Positions 43,349-53,032 of a stretch of 64,000 bases of DNA are shown one piece after another. Made by a program: the position numbers and the translations under genes. Numbering within the stretch: position 1 is the first letter of the stretch; every line of letters starts with the position of its first letter. Under the pieces are notes generated by a model. That model was not told the origin of the DNA. It saw nothing but the letters and a program-made list of their open reading frames with translations, and ran no database searches. Source of the DNA: Coriobacteriaceae bacterium (GTDB taxonomy: Bacteria > Actinomycetota > Coriobacteriia > Coriobacteriales > QAMH01); the NCBI GenBank assembly GCA_021203765.1, contig JAJQAN010000019.1, forward strand, positions 42,822-106,821, in the 5' to 3' direction.

Positions 43349-43545
43349 GGTACGTCCTTCCTTTCATGGAAACGGAGCGCCTCCCCGATGTTTTGAGAGG
43401 CGCTTATATAGAGCGAGCTATAATAAGCCCTCGTGCGCCGTCCCGACACCTGTTTGGACGGACAGACAGACTCAGGTTCCGTTTTGAGGGTGTAGACAAC
43501 ATCGACACGCCAAAAACACGACACTCAGGCGACTCCGTGACGATC

Positions 43546-44163
43546 ATGACGACGCCGGAGCGTGCCGACTTTTTTCGGCCGGCGCTCGAAGGCAACCCCC
43601 ACCTCGTGTTCGACCAGAATGAAAGCTTCCCGCTTTTTGACACGCTGGCAAACATATCCATCGCAGGCGGCAGCATCGTCATACTTGACGAAGCACACTT
43701 CGTCACCGTCGATGTGATGACAGAGGGCATCCGCCGGTTCCTGGATGATCCGGAGACGGCAGAATCGTCGGTGCGGCTGATTGTGGTCGCCTCGTCGCGC
43801 AGGCCGCCGGATCCCATCCTTCATTTTCTGGTCACCTACTGTGACATCTACGACATTATCTACGACTGCGCAGGTGCGGAGATCACGACCGCCCTGATCC
43901 GTTTGCTGGACAAGCCGGCCACGCGGTTTGACACGCTGGATCTCAGGATGGGACGGGCAGAGATGCCGGTGCGGGGCGAAGGGGAGGAAGCGGTTGTGGA
44001 GGCTGAAAACCCGCGCGATTCGGTGAGCCCCTCCGGAGCGGTGACCGTCGAACTGGGCGATACCGAGACTCAGCATCAAACACTGTCCTTCCCCGTGACC
44101 GACGGACCGACCCGTCTGAACATCACCCTGAAGATCGATGTTTCGGAGGCGGAGGACAGCTGA
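43546..44163 (+). CDS. Hypothetical protein (205 aa), possible degenerate receiver-like fold
   Basis: Codon bias becomes coding-like only after ATG 43546. The upstream in-frame part is rich in rare codons (AGA, ATA, CGA, ACA) and contains a TATAAT at 43419-43424. The segment SIVILDEA...RLIVVASS...DIIYD is receiver-like but lacks the acidic pocket. Confidence 0.5.
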   Translation: MTTPERADFFRPALEGNPHLVFDQNESFPLFDTLANISIAGGSIVILDEAHFVTVDVMTEGIRRFLDDPETAESSVRLIVVASSRRPPDPILHFLVTYCDIYDIIYDCAGAEITTALIRLLDKPATRFDTLDLRMGRAEMPVRGEGEEAVVEAENPRDSVSPSGAVTVELGDTETQHQTLSFPVTDGPTRLNITLKIDVSEAEDS

Positions 44164-44320
44164 AGACCCGCGGTGTGGAGACACTCAATCAACAGGCTGC
44201 GGGCTTTCTACTTTTGCCGCCGCCACAACCGCGCAGGTCCTTATATTCTGTTAAAATCAAGCGCATATTGCTCTCATGCACCACGAACCGACGGTGAGTC
44301 ATGTACGGAGGATGTTTCTT

Positions 44321-44848
44321 ATGGCACTCTATACTCCCGAATATCAGCCGACCGGCGATGAAATCGCCGTCATCGAGACCGACAAAGGCACGATCCGTGT
44401 TCAGCTGCACGGCAAGGATGCGCCGATCCATGTCGGCAACTTCGTCGAACTGGCCCAAAAAGGATTCTACGATGGCCTGAAGTTCCATCGATATGTGCCC
44501 GGGTTCGTCATCCAGGGCGGTTGCCCGAACACGCGCGAGATGTCGCAGGAGGATGTGGCGGCAGGCAAGTCAGGTCCTGCCGGCGCCCCCGGAACCGGTG
44601 GTCCGGGTTATTCCATCAAGCATGAATACGACACCAACCCGAACAACACCCATGCGGATGGCACCCTTGCCATGGCGCGTTCCCAGATGCCGGATTCTGC
44701 CGGCTCGCAGTTCTACTTCTGCCTGGGGGCCCAGCCGTTCCTCGATTCTGACTACACCGTCTTCGGCGACACCATCGAGGGGCTTGACGTCATCGGCCAG
44801 TTGCGGGCAGGAGACCTGATCGAAAAGATCACCATCGAGAACGCGTAA
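44321..44848 (+). CDS. ppiB: Cyclophilin-type peptidyl-prolyl cis-trans isomerase
   Basis: GGAGG upstream of ATG 44321. NFVELAQKGFYDGLKFHRYVPGFVIQGGCP, GTLAMARS, DSAGSQFYF. Confidence 0.9.
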   Translation: MALYTPEYQPTGDEIAVIETDKGTIRVQLHGKDAPIHVGNFVELAQKGFYDGLKFHRYVPGFVIQGGCPNTREMSQEDVAAGKSGPAGAPGTGGPGYSIKHEYDTNPNNTHADGTLAMARSQMPDSAGSQFYFCLGAQPFLDSDYTVFGDTIEGLDVIGQLRAGDLIEKITIENA

Positions 44849-44886
44849 GTGCCTGACGCGGCGAGCATGAACGAGGGACGGTAACG

Positions 44887-46377
44887 TTGAACACCGAGGC
44901 TTTCCAGCAGGCACGAAGTTCATACAAGGCCGGCGATTACGACGCTGCGCTCGAAGGGTTCATCCTCTGTACCTGCGATTTGGACCAGATGGGCGCCGCC
45001 GACATCAGCAAGCTCTATCACCTCATCGGCAACTGCTACATCAAAAAGGGCGACAGCGCCCAAGGTGCCGACTATTACCGCCGAGCCCTGAACTGCGCTC
45101 CGGAAGATGCGAAAGCCGCCCTCAATGCCAATCTGGGTACCGCTCTGCTCAACACCAGGCAGTACGAAGCCGCCGTGCAGGCATTTGACGAGGCCCTCTC
45201 CTATGACACCTACAAGACGCCGTACAAGGCATATTCCGGTCGCGGGGCCGCGTATCTGCGACTCGGCGATACCGTCGAGGCGGGCGCATCCTTCCGCGAG
45301 GCGGCACTTGACCCGGAAAATCCGAAGCCTGCAAAGGCGCTGGTCAACCTCGGTGTCTGCTTTATGCAGCTCGACCGTCCGGCCGATGCTGCCATCGCGT
45401 ACGAGTCCGCTCTCGACTTTAACCTCGACCCGATTTCCTGCTGCAAGACCAAGGCGAACCTCGGCCAGGCCTATCTTGCCGAAGGACGTGTCGACGAGGC
45501 GCTCGAAATGTTCGAGGAGGCCGAATCGTTCGGTTACGAGCTTTCTTCGGCCGTCCAGCACGACTACGAGATCGCCCGTTCGATCCATGAGGTAGAAACC
45601 CGCAACAACACGGCACGTCAGGCCCTCAGCGACGAAGCGCTTCCGGCGTTCGGTGCCGGGGCCGCCGTCGCGGGTGCCGTCGCCGGGGTCACCGACGCCC
45701 AAGCGGCGCCGGCCGATCCGTCACAGGCCCCGACCGCGGAGTTTCCCAGTGTCGATACCGCTGCGGCTCCCGCTCCGGCACCCCAGGAAACCTTCACCGG
45801 CAACGAGACGCAGCCTTTGGAGACGTACAGCTACCAGGAGCCAGGGGCATCCATCGTCAACGAACCCGTTGCCGCACCCGAAGAGGCCTCCCTGCCCTCC
45901 CCGGAAAGCACGGACTTCTTCGATCTGTCCGAACAGCAGATCGACAGCGCCGGGCGTGAAGAGGCGCGTACGGAGCGCAAGAAGCGCGGCGTCGGGCTCA
46001 AGATCGTCATCGTCGTGCTTATCGTCGTCATCGTCCTGCTGGCCGCCGCCGCTGCGGCGTTCTTCTTAGGGTACGGCTACCCGCTGCAGGAGGACGTCGT
46101 CGACGACTTTATGTCCGCTGCCGTCGACGACGGCGATACCACCCCGTACTGGGACAGCGAAGTCGACGAGGCGACCCGCGCCTCGCAGCTCAGCATGCTC
46201 GAAGATGTGTCATCCTACGAGGTCGTTGCTGTCAAACGTTCGACGACGGAATCCGCCGTCTACGTACAGGCACAACTCGAGGCGGGCGGGAACATCTACT
46301 ACGACTTCGTTCTTGGCCGCGACGGCATCGGCTGGCAGGTCGAATACGTCGAGCTGTACTTCCCGAGCCAACAGTAG
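44887..46377 (+). CDS. TPR-repeat protein with a single TM helix and a small extracytoplasmic C-terminal domain
   Basis: TTG start after GAGGGA. Repeated TPR-like A..Y..AL patterns, an Ala/Pro-rich linker, and TM helix LKIVIVVLIVVIVLLAAAAAAFFLG. Confidence 0.7.
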   Translation: MNTEAFQQARSSYKAGDYDAALEGFILCTCDLDQMGAADISKLYHLIGNCYIKKGDSAQGADYYRRALNCAPEDAKAALNANLGTALLNTRQYEAAVQAFDEALSYDTYKTPYKAYSGRGAAYLRLGDTVEAGASFREAALDPENPKPAKALVNLGVCFMQLDRPADAAIAYESALDFNLDPISCCKTKANLGQAYLAEGRVDEALEMFEEAESFGYELSSAVQHDYEIARSIHEVETRNNTARQALSDEALPAFGAGAAVAGAVAGVTDAQAAPADPSQAPTAEFPSVDTAAAPAPAPQETFTGNETQPLETYSYQEPGASIVNEPVAAPEEASLPSPESTDFFDLSEQQIDSAGREEARTERKKRGVGLKIVIVVLIVVIVLLAAAAAAFFLGYGYPLQEDVVDDFMSAAVDDGDTTPYWDSEVDEATRASQLSMLEDVSSYEVVAVKRSTTESAVYVQAQLEAGGNIYYDFVLGRDGIGWQVEYVELYFPSQQ

Positions 46378-46444
46378 TCACTTGTCCAACAGGCCCGCCA
46401 TCCCGATCAAGCAGGGTGCGCCGGCCTGACAGAAAGGAGCAGTC

Positions 46445-46846
46445 ATGATCGAGAAGACCTACACCATGATCAAGCCGGACGGAGTCGCCAACAAGCACAT
46501 CGGCGACATCGTCGGACGTTTCGAACGCGTCGGCCTGACCATCGAACGTATGGAGCTTTCCCAGGTCAGCGAGGCAGAAGCCAAGGAAAACTACGCCGAG
46601 CACGAGGGCAAGCCCTTCTATGACGGCCTCATCGCCTACATCACCAGCGGACCGGTCGTCAAGATGGTCGTTTCCGGCGAAAACGCCGTCGCCACGGTCC
46701 GCAAGCTCATGGGCGCGACCGACCCCGCCGAGGCGGCCCCGGGCACCATCCGGGGCGACTTCGGGCTGACGATGGACGAAAATGTCATCCATGGCAGCGA
46801 TTCGGTCGCTTCCGCCGAGCGCGAAATCGGCGTCTTCTTCGGCTAG
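46445..46846 (+). CDS. ndk: Nucleoside diphosphate kinase
   Basis: TYTMIKPDGV, GATDPAEAAPGTIRGDFG, NVIHGSDS (active-site His). Confidence 0.95.
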   Translation: MIEKTYTMIKPDGVANKHIGDIVGRFERVGLTIERMELSQVSEAEAKENYAEHEGKPFYDGLIAYITSGPVVKMVVSGENAVATVRKLMGATDPAEAAPGTIRGDFGLTMDENVIHGSDSVASAEREIGVFFG

Positions 46847-46999
46847 AACCAAACACATCCCGCATCGAAACAAGGCCTTCTTGCACCTGCTGGGAGGTCT
46901 TGTTGCTTTTATGGCGGACATCGTCCTATCTCGTTTCATGGTAAACTTAACTGGTAATTGTCCATTTTCAGGTATTGTTTTCGAGATGAAGGAGCAGCA

Positions 47000-48055
47000 A
47001 TGCCGCTAGGAGATACGCTTTTCGGCGGTTTCGGCAGCGATATGGCTATCGACCTCGGCACGGCAAATACGCTCGTGTCCGTCAAAGGTCAGGGTATCGT
47101 CATCAACGAGCCGTCTGTTGTTGCTATCGAAAACCAGCAACAGCAGCAGCGTGTTCTGGCCGTCGGCACCGAAGCAAAGGAGATGCTCGGGCGCACGCCT
47201 GGCAGCATCGTCGCCATGCGTCCCCTCAAGGACGGCGTCATCGCCGACTTCGAGGTGACCGAGGCAATGCTCCGCTACTTCATCAACAAGGCGGCAGGCG
47301 GGCGGAGGCGTATGCCGTGGCATTCCAAGCCGCGTGTCGTCGTCTGTGTTCCCAGCGGCGTCACCTCGGTTGAAAAGCGCGCTGTGTTCGAGGCGACCAT
47401 CACCGCCGGCGCTCGGCAGGCGTTCCTCATCGAAGAGCCGATGGCGGCCGCCATCGGTGCCGATCTTCCCGTCGAATCACCAACCGGGTCGATGGTTATC
47501 GACATCGGCGGCGGCACGACGGAGGTCGCCGTCATCAGTCTTGGTGGCATCGTCAATGCAACATCCATCCGCATCGCAGGCGACGCCTTCGATTCCGCGA
47601 TCGTCCAATATGCGAAATCCCATTTCAATCTGGCGATCGGCGAACGGACTGCTGAAGAGCTCAAGATCAGCATCGGCTCTGCCGCACCCTTGGCCGAAGA
47701 AGTCGATGTCGAAGTCCGCGGCCGCGATCTTTTGAGCGGGCTGCCACGGACGCTTCGTGTCGAATCAGAAGACATCCGCATGGCGCTGGACGACCCCATC
47801 TCCAAGATGGTCCAAGCCGTTAAGGACACCTTGGACGAAACGCCGCCCGACCTGGCAAGCGACCTCATGGAATACGGCGTTGTTCTCACCGGCGGCGGCG
47901 GTCTGCTCCGCGGTCTTGACGAGCGCCTCCGCCACGACATCGGCGTGCCGGTCCATGTCTCGGAGACGGCTTTGACAAACGTCGTCTTGGGCTGTGCCGC
48001 GGTTCTCGAATCTCCCGAATACCTCTCTCAATCATATCTGCAACAGCAAGGGTAA
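47000..48055 (+). CDS. mreB: Rod shape-determining protein MreB
   Basis: GAAGGAG upstream of ATG 47000. MAIDLGTANTLV, VVCVPSGVT.VE.RA, IDIGGGTTEVAVISLGG. Confidence 0.95.
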   Translation: MPLGDTLFGGFGSDMAIDLGTANTLVSVKGQGIVINEPSVVAIENQQQQQRVLAVGTEAKEMLGRTPGSIVAMRPLKDGVIADFEVTEAMLRYFINKAAGGRRRMPWHSKPRVVVCVPSGVTSVEKRAVFEATITAGARQAFLIEEPMAAAIGADLPVESPTGSMVIDIGGGTTEVAVISLGGIVNATSIRIAGDAFDSAIVQYAKSHFNLAIGERTAEELKISIGSAAPLAEEVDVEVRGRDLLSGLPRTLRVESEDIRMALDDPISKMVQAVKDTLDETPPDLASDLMEYGVVLTGGGGLLRGLDERLRHDIGVPVHVSETALTNVVLGCAAVLESPEYLSQSYLQQQG

Positions 48056-48061
48056 GCGCCT

Positions 48062-49171
48062 ATGCCAGGCCTAACCTTTAGCAATCAGGGCGGGGGGACC
48101 AGACGCCCGGGGCTTTGGATTGTCCCCGTTGTCCTCATCGTCGTCGCCATCGTTCTCATCACGGTCGCAACCCGTGCCGGTGCTGGCGGCTTCTTTTCTG
48201 CGACCCGTTCGGGGGTCCAGGCGGCCACCCGCCCCCTCGCGTCGCTCTGCCAGTTCGTGGCGACCCCCTTTAACTCGCTGAACACCGCCCTGGATACCCC
48301 GACGTATGACGCGGAGGACCTGTCGTCGCTCGAACAGGAAAACGAGCAACTGAGGGCTTTGGTCACCGAGCTCGAGGAATACCGTCAGCAAAACCAGCGA
48401 CTGATATCGCTCTTCAACTTTTCCGATTTGTACGGGCTTGAGACGGTGCCGGCGACCATCACGCTGACGACAAGCGGCTGGGATCGGACCGCCACCATCG
48501 ACAAGGGCTCCTCTGACGGCATCAGCCAAGGGATGGGCGTCATGAGTTCGAACGGGCTATACGGCCAGGTGGAGACGGTTACGCCGTCGACGAGTACCGT
48601 CCGCCTGATCAGCGACGCGAACAGCTCCGTGGCGGCGATGGTGCAGGGTACCCGGGCGACCGGCATTCTGAGCGGCTCGTACGATGGCACCCTGACGCTG
48701 GACTACATCTCGGTTGACGAGGCGGTCGGCGTCGGCGACTACATCATCTCTTCTGGCGAAGGCGGCGTCTACCCGCAGGGTATTCTGATCGGTACCGCTT
48801 CGGCGATCGAAGTCGACCCCTCCAAGCTGTACTACAGCATCACCGTCACGCCGGTGAGCGATTTTACGTTCTGTCGTGAGGTCTTGGTGTTGACGGGGGA
48901 CGAGACGGAGGTGGACACCCTCATCGACGAGGATCTGATCGACAGCATGACTTCGGCCTTGATCGGCAGCGAATCCACTGCGGCGGACACGGAGCTCCCG
49001 ACGGGCGGCTCGTCCGGATCGGGGAGCTCGACAGCAACGACCGATACAGGCTCGTCTTCGGACGAGTCGGTCCCCTACCGGTACGTCTCCCCCTACGAAG
49101 ACGAGGAGGATTCGACGGACACGACGGGCACGACGGACACGACGGACACAAACGGAAGTGATGAGCCGTGA
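48062..49171 (+). CDS. mreC: Rod shape-determining protein MreC with a Ser/Thr/Asp-rich C-terminal tail
   Basis: N-terminal TM helix, coiled coil (LEQENEQLRALVTELEEYRQQNQRL), beta-barrel region (GMGVMSSNGLYGQVETV...VRLISD). Confidence 0.85.
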   Translation: MPGLTFSNQGGGTRRPGLWIVPVVLIVVAIVLITVATRAGAGGFFSATRSGVQAATRPLASLCQFVATPFNSLNTALDTPTYDAEDLSSLEQENEQLRALVTELEEYRQQNQRLISLFNFSDLYGLETVPATITLTTSGWDRTATIDKGSSDGISQGMGVMSSNGLYGQVETVTPSTSTVRLISDANSSVAAMVQGTRATGILSGSYDGTLTLDYISVDEAVGVGDYIISSGEGGVYPQGILIGTASAIEVDPSKLYYSITVTPVSDFTFCREVLVLTGDETEVDTLIDEDLIDSMTSALIGSESTAADTELPTGGSSGSGSSTATTDTGSSSDESVPYRYVSPYEDEEDSTDTTGTTDTTDTNGSDEP

Positions 49172-49701
49172 ACAAGTACTACGTCTACATCATCACCACG
49201 GTCGTCTGCATCCTGTTGCAGGTTGCGATTGCGCCCAACATCGCCATCGCCGGTTGTACACCGAACTTCCTACTCATACCCTTGATCGTCGTCGCGATGT
49301 ATTCCGGGCCGACCGTCGGCAGCATCTTCGGCTTCGTAATCGGTCTGTTCGGGGACCTCGCCGGGGATTCGACGATCGGGGCGATGGCGCTGTCCTTCAC
49401 CATCATCGGTGTCGGTGTCGGCCTCTTCGCCTCGGCTTCCGAGTCGCGGCATCCGCTCGTCATGTGCGTGGTCGTCATCTGCGTCGCGCTGTTCCATGAG
49501 CTGTTCTACGGCCTGGTCATCATTCTGACGAGCGCCGCCGATGCCTCGTTTGCCGCCTCGCTCGTCCGCCTGATTCTGCCAGAGGCGCTCTATTCGCTGA
49601 TCTTCGGCTGCATCGCCTTGGCGACCATATGCCTGGTGATCCAAGAGGACCGGCCCACCGACGACCAGGTCGGCAACCTGACCATGCCGAAGATGAAGTA
49701 G
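49168..49701 (+). CDS. mreD: Rod shape-determining protein MreD
   Basis: GTG overlaps the mreC stop. Small polytopic membrane protein in the canonical position after mreC. Confidence 0.75.
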   Translation: MNKYYVYIITTVVCILLQVAIAPNIAIAGCTPNFLLIPLIVVAMYSGPTVGSIFGFVIGLFGDLAGDSTIGAMALSFTIIGVGVGLFASASESRHPLVMCVVVICVALFHELFYGLVIILTSAADASFAASLVRLILPEALYSLIFGCIALATICLVIQEDRPTDDQVGNLTMPKMK

Positions 49702-49750
49702 TCGGCATATCCGTTGATTCGTCTTTGTTCCGAGGGAGGTGAGGATATCC

Positions 49751-51790
49751 ATGACCGATGCGGTCGCAGCAGCAATCATCGTCTTGCTGTTCATAGCGGC
49801 GATCTGCCTGATCGTGCTTGTGGCGCGTGGTCGTCGCTCGCAGTCCTCCTCCCTTTCCCTCGGAGGCTCCGGCGATAAGAACGCTCCATCGGGAACCGAG
49901 ACCCTGGATGAGGACGCCTCCAAGGGTGAGGCGACCATACGGCGACGCTTCGTCATGTTCATGGGGCTTGCGGTCGTCGCGCTCGGCGGGCTGTTTGCCC
50001 GGCTCTGGTCGATGCAGGTGCTGTCAGGCGAATCCTATTCCGCACGGGCGGAGGAAAACCGCATCACCACCTATTCGACGCGTGCGCCGCGCGGGCGCAT
50101 ATATGATCGTAACGGAGTTGAGCTGGTCGGAAACCGCTCGTCGTTTGCAGTGCTGGTCGACTCGAAGGTGCAAAACGACGAACAGGTCATCCGCCGCCTC
50201 TCCAACGTCTTAGGTATCCCGCGCGAATCGGTGCGCTCGCTGGCGGCCTCGGAAAGCTCCGGGGCGCAGGCCGACCGTGAAATCGCCATAGACGTCGACG
50301 AGCGCGCCGTCGCCTACATCGCCGAACACCCGACCGCCTTCGAGGGGGTCAGGATCGAAGTACAGACGGTCCGCACGTATCCGCATGGCACGCTTGCCGC
50401 GCACGTCCTGGGCTACACCGGCACGATTTCCGAAGACGAACTTTCCTCGACGACCGAAGGCATGTCGTATGAATCCGGCGATGTCGTCGGCAAAGATGGG
50501 GCCGAGCAGGCCTTCGAGTCTTACCTCCAAGGCGACCACGGCGTCCAGAGCGTCGAGATCAACGCGGCGGGCGAGGTGGTCGGCACGGTCGACTCGGTCG
50601 ATTCGGTCCAGGGCAACGACATAAAGCTCACCATCGACGTCAAGCTGCAGAAGGTCGCCGAGCAGGCCCTGGAGCAGGCGTATATCGACGCGGCGGCGGC
50701 CAAATACTACAAGGCCTCCTCCGGTGCGATCGTGTGTATGAACGCCCGCAACGGCGAAGTCTTGGCCATGGCCTCATCGCCGACCTACGACCCAGCCAAC
50801 TTCATCGGCGGCATCTCGGCGGACGACTGGGAAGCTCTCAATGACGAGGATTCCGGCTATCCCCTGAGCAACCGCTGCATCGCCGGGCTGTATCCAGCAG
50901 CCTCGACCTTCAAGGGCTTTACCGGGCTGGCCGGCCTGGAATACGGCTTTGCGAGCAATTCGGCGATTTGGACCTGCAACGGCACGTGGACCGGCTTCGG
51001 CAAGGAATGGCCGCAGAAGTGCTGGAACACCTACGGCCACGGCACCATCGGCTTCCACAAGGGCATCGTCGAGTCCTGCGACACCGTCTTCTACGAGATC
51101 GCCAAGAAGTTCTACCACTACAAGAAGGACAAGACCGCCCTGCAGGAATACGTCGAAAGCTGGGGCTTCGGATCGAGGACGGGCATCGAGTTACCCGGCG
51201 AGATGGCCGGGCGTGTCCCCACGCCGGCGTGGAAGGAAGCCTACAACGTCGACGCTCCCGAAAACCAGCCGTGGCAGCCGGGTGACCTCTCCAACCTCGT
51301 CATCGGGCAGGGCGACCTGCTCGTCACCCCGCTGCAGCTCTGCTGCGGCTATGCGGGGCTCGCCACCGGCAAGGTGCCCAAGCCGGTCCTCCTGCGCCAG
51401 GTCTTGGCAGAGGATGGCAAGGAAGTCGTCGTCAAGGGCTCGTCCTTCCACGGCAACACTTTCAAGCCGAAGTTTTCCCAGAAGAACATCAAGACCATGC
51501 GGAGCGGTTTTCGCGACGTGGTCGTCGACGGGACGGTCAAGCGCGTCTTCGAGGACCTGGGTGTCGCCACCAGCGGCAAGACCGGCACGGCAGAGGTGGC
51601 CGGCAAGGACAACTACGCCTGGTATGTCGGCTACGCACCCTCGAGCAATCCGAAGTACGTCTGCGCCTGCTGCATCGAGCAGGGCGGCTCGGGTGCGACG
51701 ACCGCTGCCCCGGCGGTCCGTTCGGTCCTTGCAAAGGCCCTGGGCAAGTCGCCGAAGCACGTGTCCGGCACCAGAACCTCGGAGCGCTGA
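49751..51790 (+). CDS. mrdA: Penicillin-binding protein 2 (class B transpeptidase)
   Basis: GGGAGGTGAGG upstream of ATG 49751; the ORF also opens at GTG 49739. TM anchor. STFK (PAASTFKGF), SCD (VESCDTVF) in the SxN position, KTGTAE. Confidence 0.9.
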   Translation: MTDAVAAAIIVLLFIAAICLIVLVARGRRSQSSSLSLGGSGDKNAPSGTETLDEDASKGEATIRRRFVMFMGLAVVALGGLFARLWSMQVLSGESYSARAEENRITTYSTRAPRGRIYDRNGVELVGNRSSFAVLVDSKVQNDEQVIRRLSNVLGIPRESVRSLAASESSGAQADREIAIDVDERAVAYIAEHPTAFEGVRIEVQTVRTYPHGTLAAHVLGYTGTISEDELSSTTEGMSYESGDVVGKDGAEQAFESYLQGDHGVQSVEINAAGEVVGTVDSVDSVQGNDIKLTIDVKLQKVAEQALEQAYIDAAAAKYYKASSGAIVCMNARNGEVLAMASSPTYDPANFIGGISADDWEALNDEDSGYPLSNRCIAGLYPAASTFKGFTGLAGLEYGFASNSAIWTCNGTWTGFGKEWPQKCWNTYGHGTIGFHKGIVESCDTVFYEIAKKFYHYKKDKTALQEYVESWGFGSRTGIELPGEMAGRVPTPAWKEAYNVDAPENQPWQPGDLSNLVIGQGDLLVTPLQLCCGYAGLATGKVPKPVLLRQVLAEDGKEVVVKGSSFHGNTFKPKFSQKNIKTMRSGFRDVVVDGTVKRVFEDLGVATSGKTGTAEVAGKDNYAWYVGYAPSSNPKYVCACCIEQGGSGATTAAPAVRSVLAKALGKSPKHVSGTRTSER

Positions 51791-51793
51791 GCC

Positions 51794-53032
51794 GTGGCAC
51801 GTGACGCGAGCCCGACACAGAGGAGGAACCCGCAGACGACGACCGTCGGTCCGCGCCTCGGTGCGGTCGGCCACTTCTTCTCCGTCATCAACCTGCCGCT
51901 GCTCATCGTCGTCGCCCTCTTGGTCGCCCTCGGGCTGATGACGGTCTACTCCGTCACCCTGACCGATTCGGATTATTCGTTCACCCGCCAGGCTTTTGGC
52001 GTCGGCATCGGCGTCCTGCTGATGATCCTGTTCTGGGTCTTCGACTACCGCGTCTTCGCCCGTCTGTTCGTGCCGCTGCTCGTGATCGACGTCATCCTGT
52101 TTTTGCTGCCGATGATCCCCGGCCTCGGCGTCGAGGTCAACGGCTCGACCCTGTGGATCCAGGTCGGCTCCCTCTCGCTCCAACCCGACGAGTTCATGAA
52201 GCCGGTCTCCATCCTGATGATCGCCTCCTTCGTCGCGCGCTACGAGGGCACGATCACCTCCGGTTTGGATTTTTTGAAATGCGTCGCCGTCGTCGCGGTG
52301 CCGTTCATCTTCATTGCAATCAACGACCTGGGCACGTCGCTCGTCATCCTCTTCTCCGGCTTCGTCATCCTCTTCATCGGCGGCGGATCGCCCCGCTGGT
52401 TCGTCCTGTCGCTCATGATCTTCGTGCTGTTGGTGGCGGCCCTGCTCATGGCAAATTCCATCCTGAGCACCTGGACGGGGGGCGAAGTGCAGATCATCCA
52501 GGACTACCAGATGTCGCGTCTGCTCGTCTTCGCCGACCCTGACAACGCGGACTATTCCGACGATGCCTACAACCTCAACCAGGCGATGATCGCCATCGGA
52601 AGCGGGGAGCTGACCGGCAAGGGCTGGGGGAACGCGACCCAGGCGACCGGCGGCTTCCTTCCGGAAGCCGCGACCGACTTCATCTTCTGTGTCTTTGCCG
52701 AGCAGACCGGCTTCCTCGGCGCTATCATCCTGCTGCTGCTCTACCTCGGGCTGCTCGCACTAGCCCTGTGGATCGGCTTCCGCTCCGGGACCCGCTTTGG
52801 GTCCTTGATCGCGGCCGGTGTCATGGGGATGTGGTTCTTCCAGGTCGTCATCAACATCGGTATGGACCTCGGCGTGATGCCCATCACCGGCATCCCCCTG
52901 CCCTTTATGAGCTACGGCTCCTCGTTCATGCTGACGACCTTCATCTGCGTCGGCTTACTCTTGTCCATCTGGACGCATCGGGGAAGCCGTCGGCCACGGA
53001 GAAACGAACGGAAGGTTCTGCAAAATGCCTAG
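51794..53032 (+). CDS. rodA: SEDS-family peptidoglycan polymerase RodA
   Basis: GTG start 4 nt after the mrdA stop. LQPDEFMKP, PEAATDFIFCVFAEQTGFLG, PLPFMSYGSS. Confidence 0.9.
   Translation: MARDASPTQRRNPQTTTVGPRLGAVGHFFSVINLPLLIVVALLVALGLMTVYSVTLTDSDYSFTRQAFGVGIGVLLMILFWVFDYRVFARLFVPLLVIDVILFLLPMIPGLGVEVNGSTLWIQVGSLSLQPDEFMKPVSILMIASFVARYEGTITSGLDFLKCVAVVAVPFIFIAINDLGTSLVILFSGFVILFIGGGSPRWFVLSLMIFVLLVAALLMANSILSTWTGGEVQIIQDYQMSRLLVFADPDNADYSDDAYNLNQAMIAIGSGELTGKGWGNATQATGGFLPEAATDFIFCVFAEQTGFLGAIILLLLYLGLLALALWIGFRSGTRFGSLIAAGVMGMWFFQVVINIGMDLGVMPITGIPLPFMSYGSSFMLTTFICVGLLLSIWTHRGSRRPRRNERKVLQNA

Noticed and set aside
43249-43545. Longer versions of the 43.5-kb hypothetical gene, starting at 43249 or 43366
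   Set aside because: The 43249 start overlaps the convergently arranged 159-aa gene by 100 nt. The segment up to 43545 is rich in rare codons and contains a TATAAT promoter-like element, so ATG 43546 is preferred with moderate confidence.
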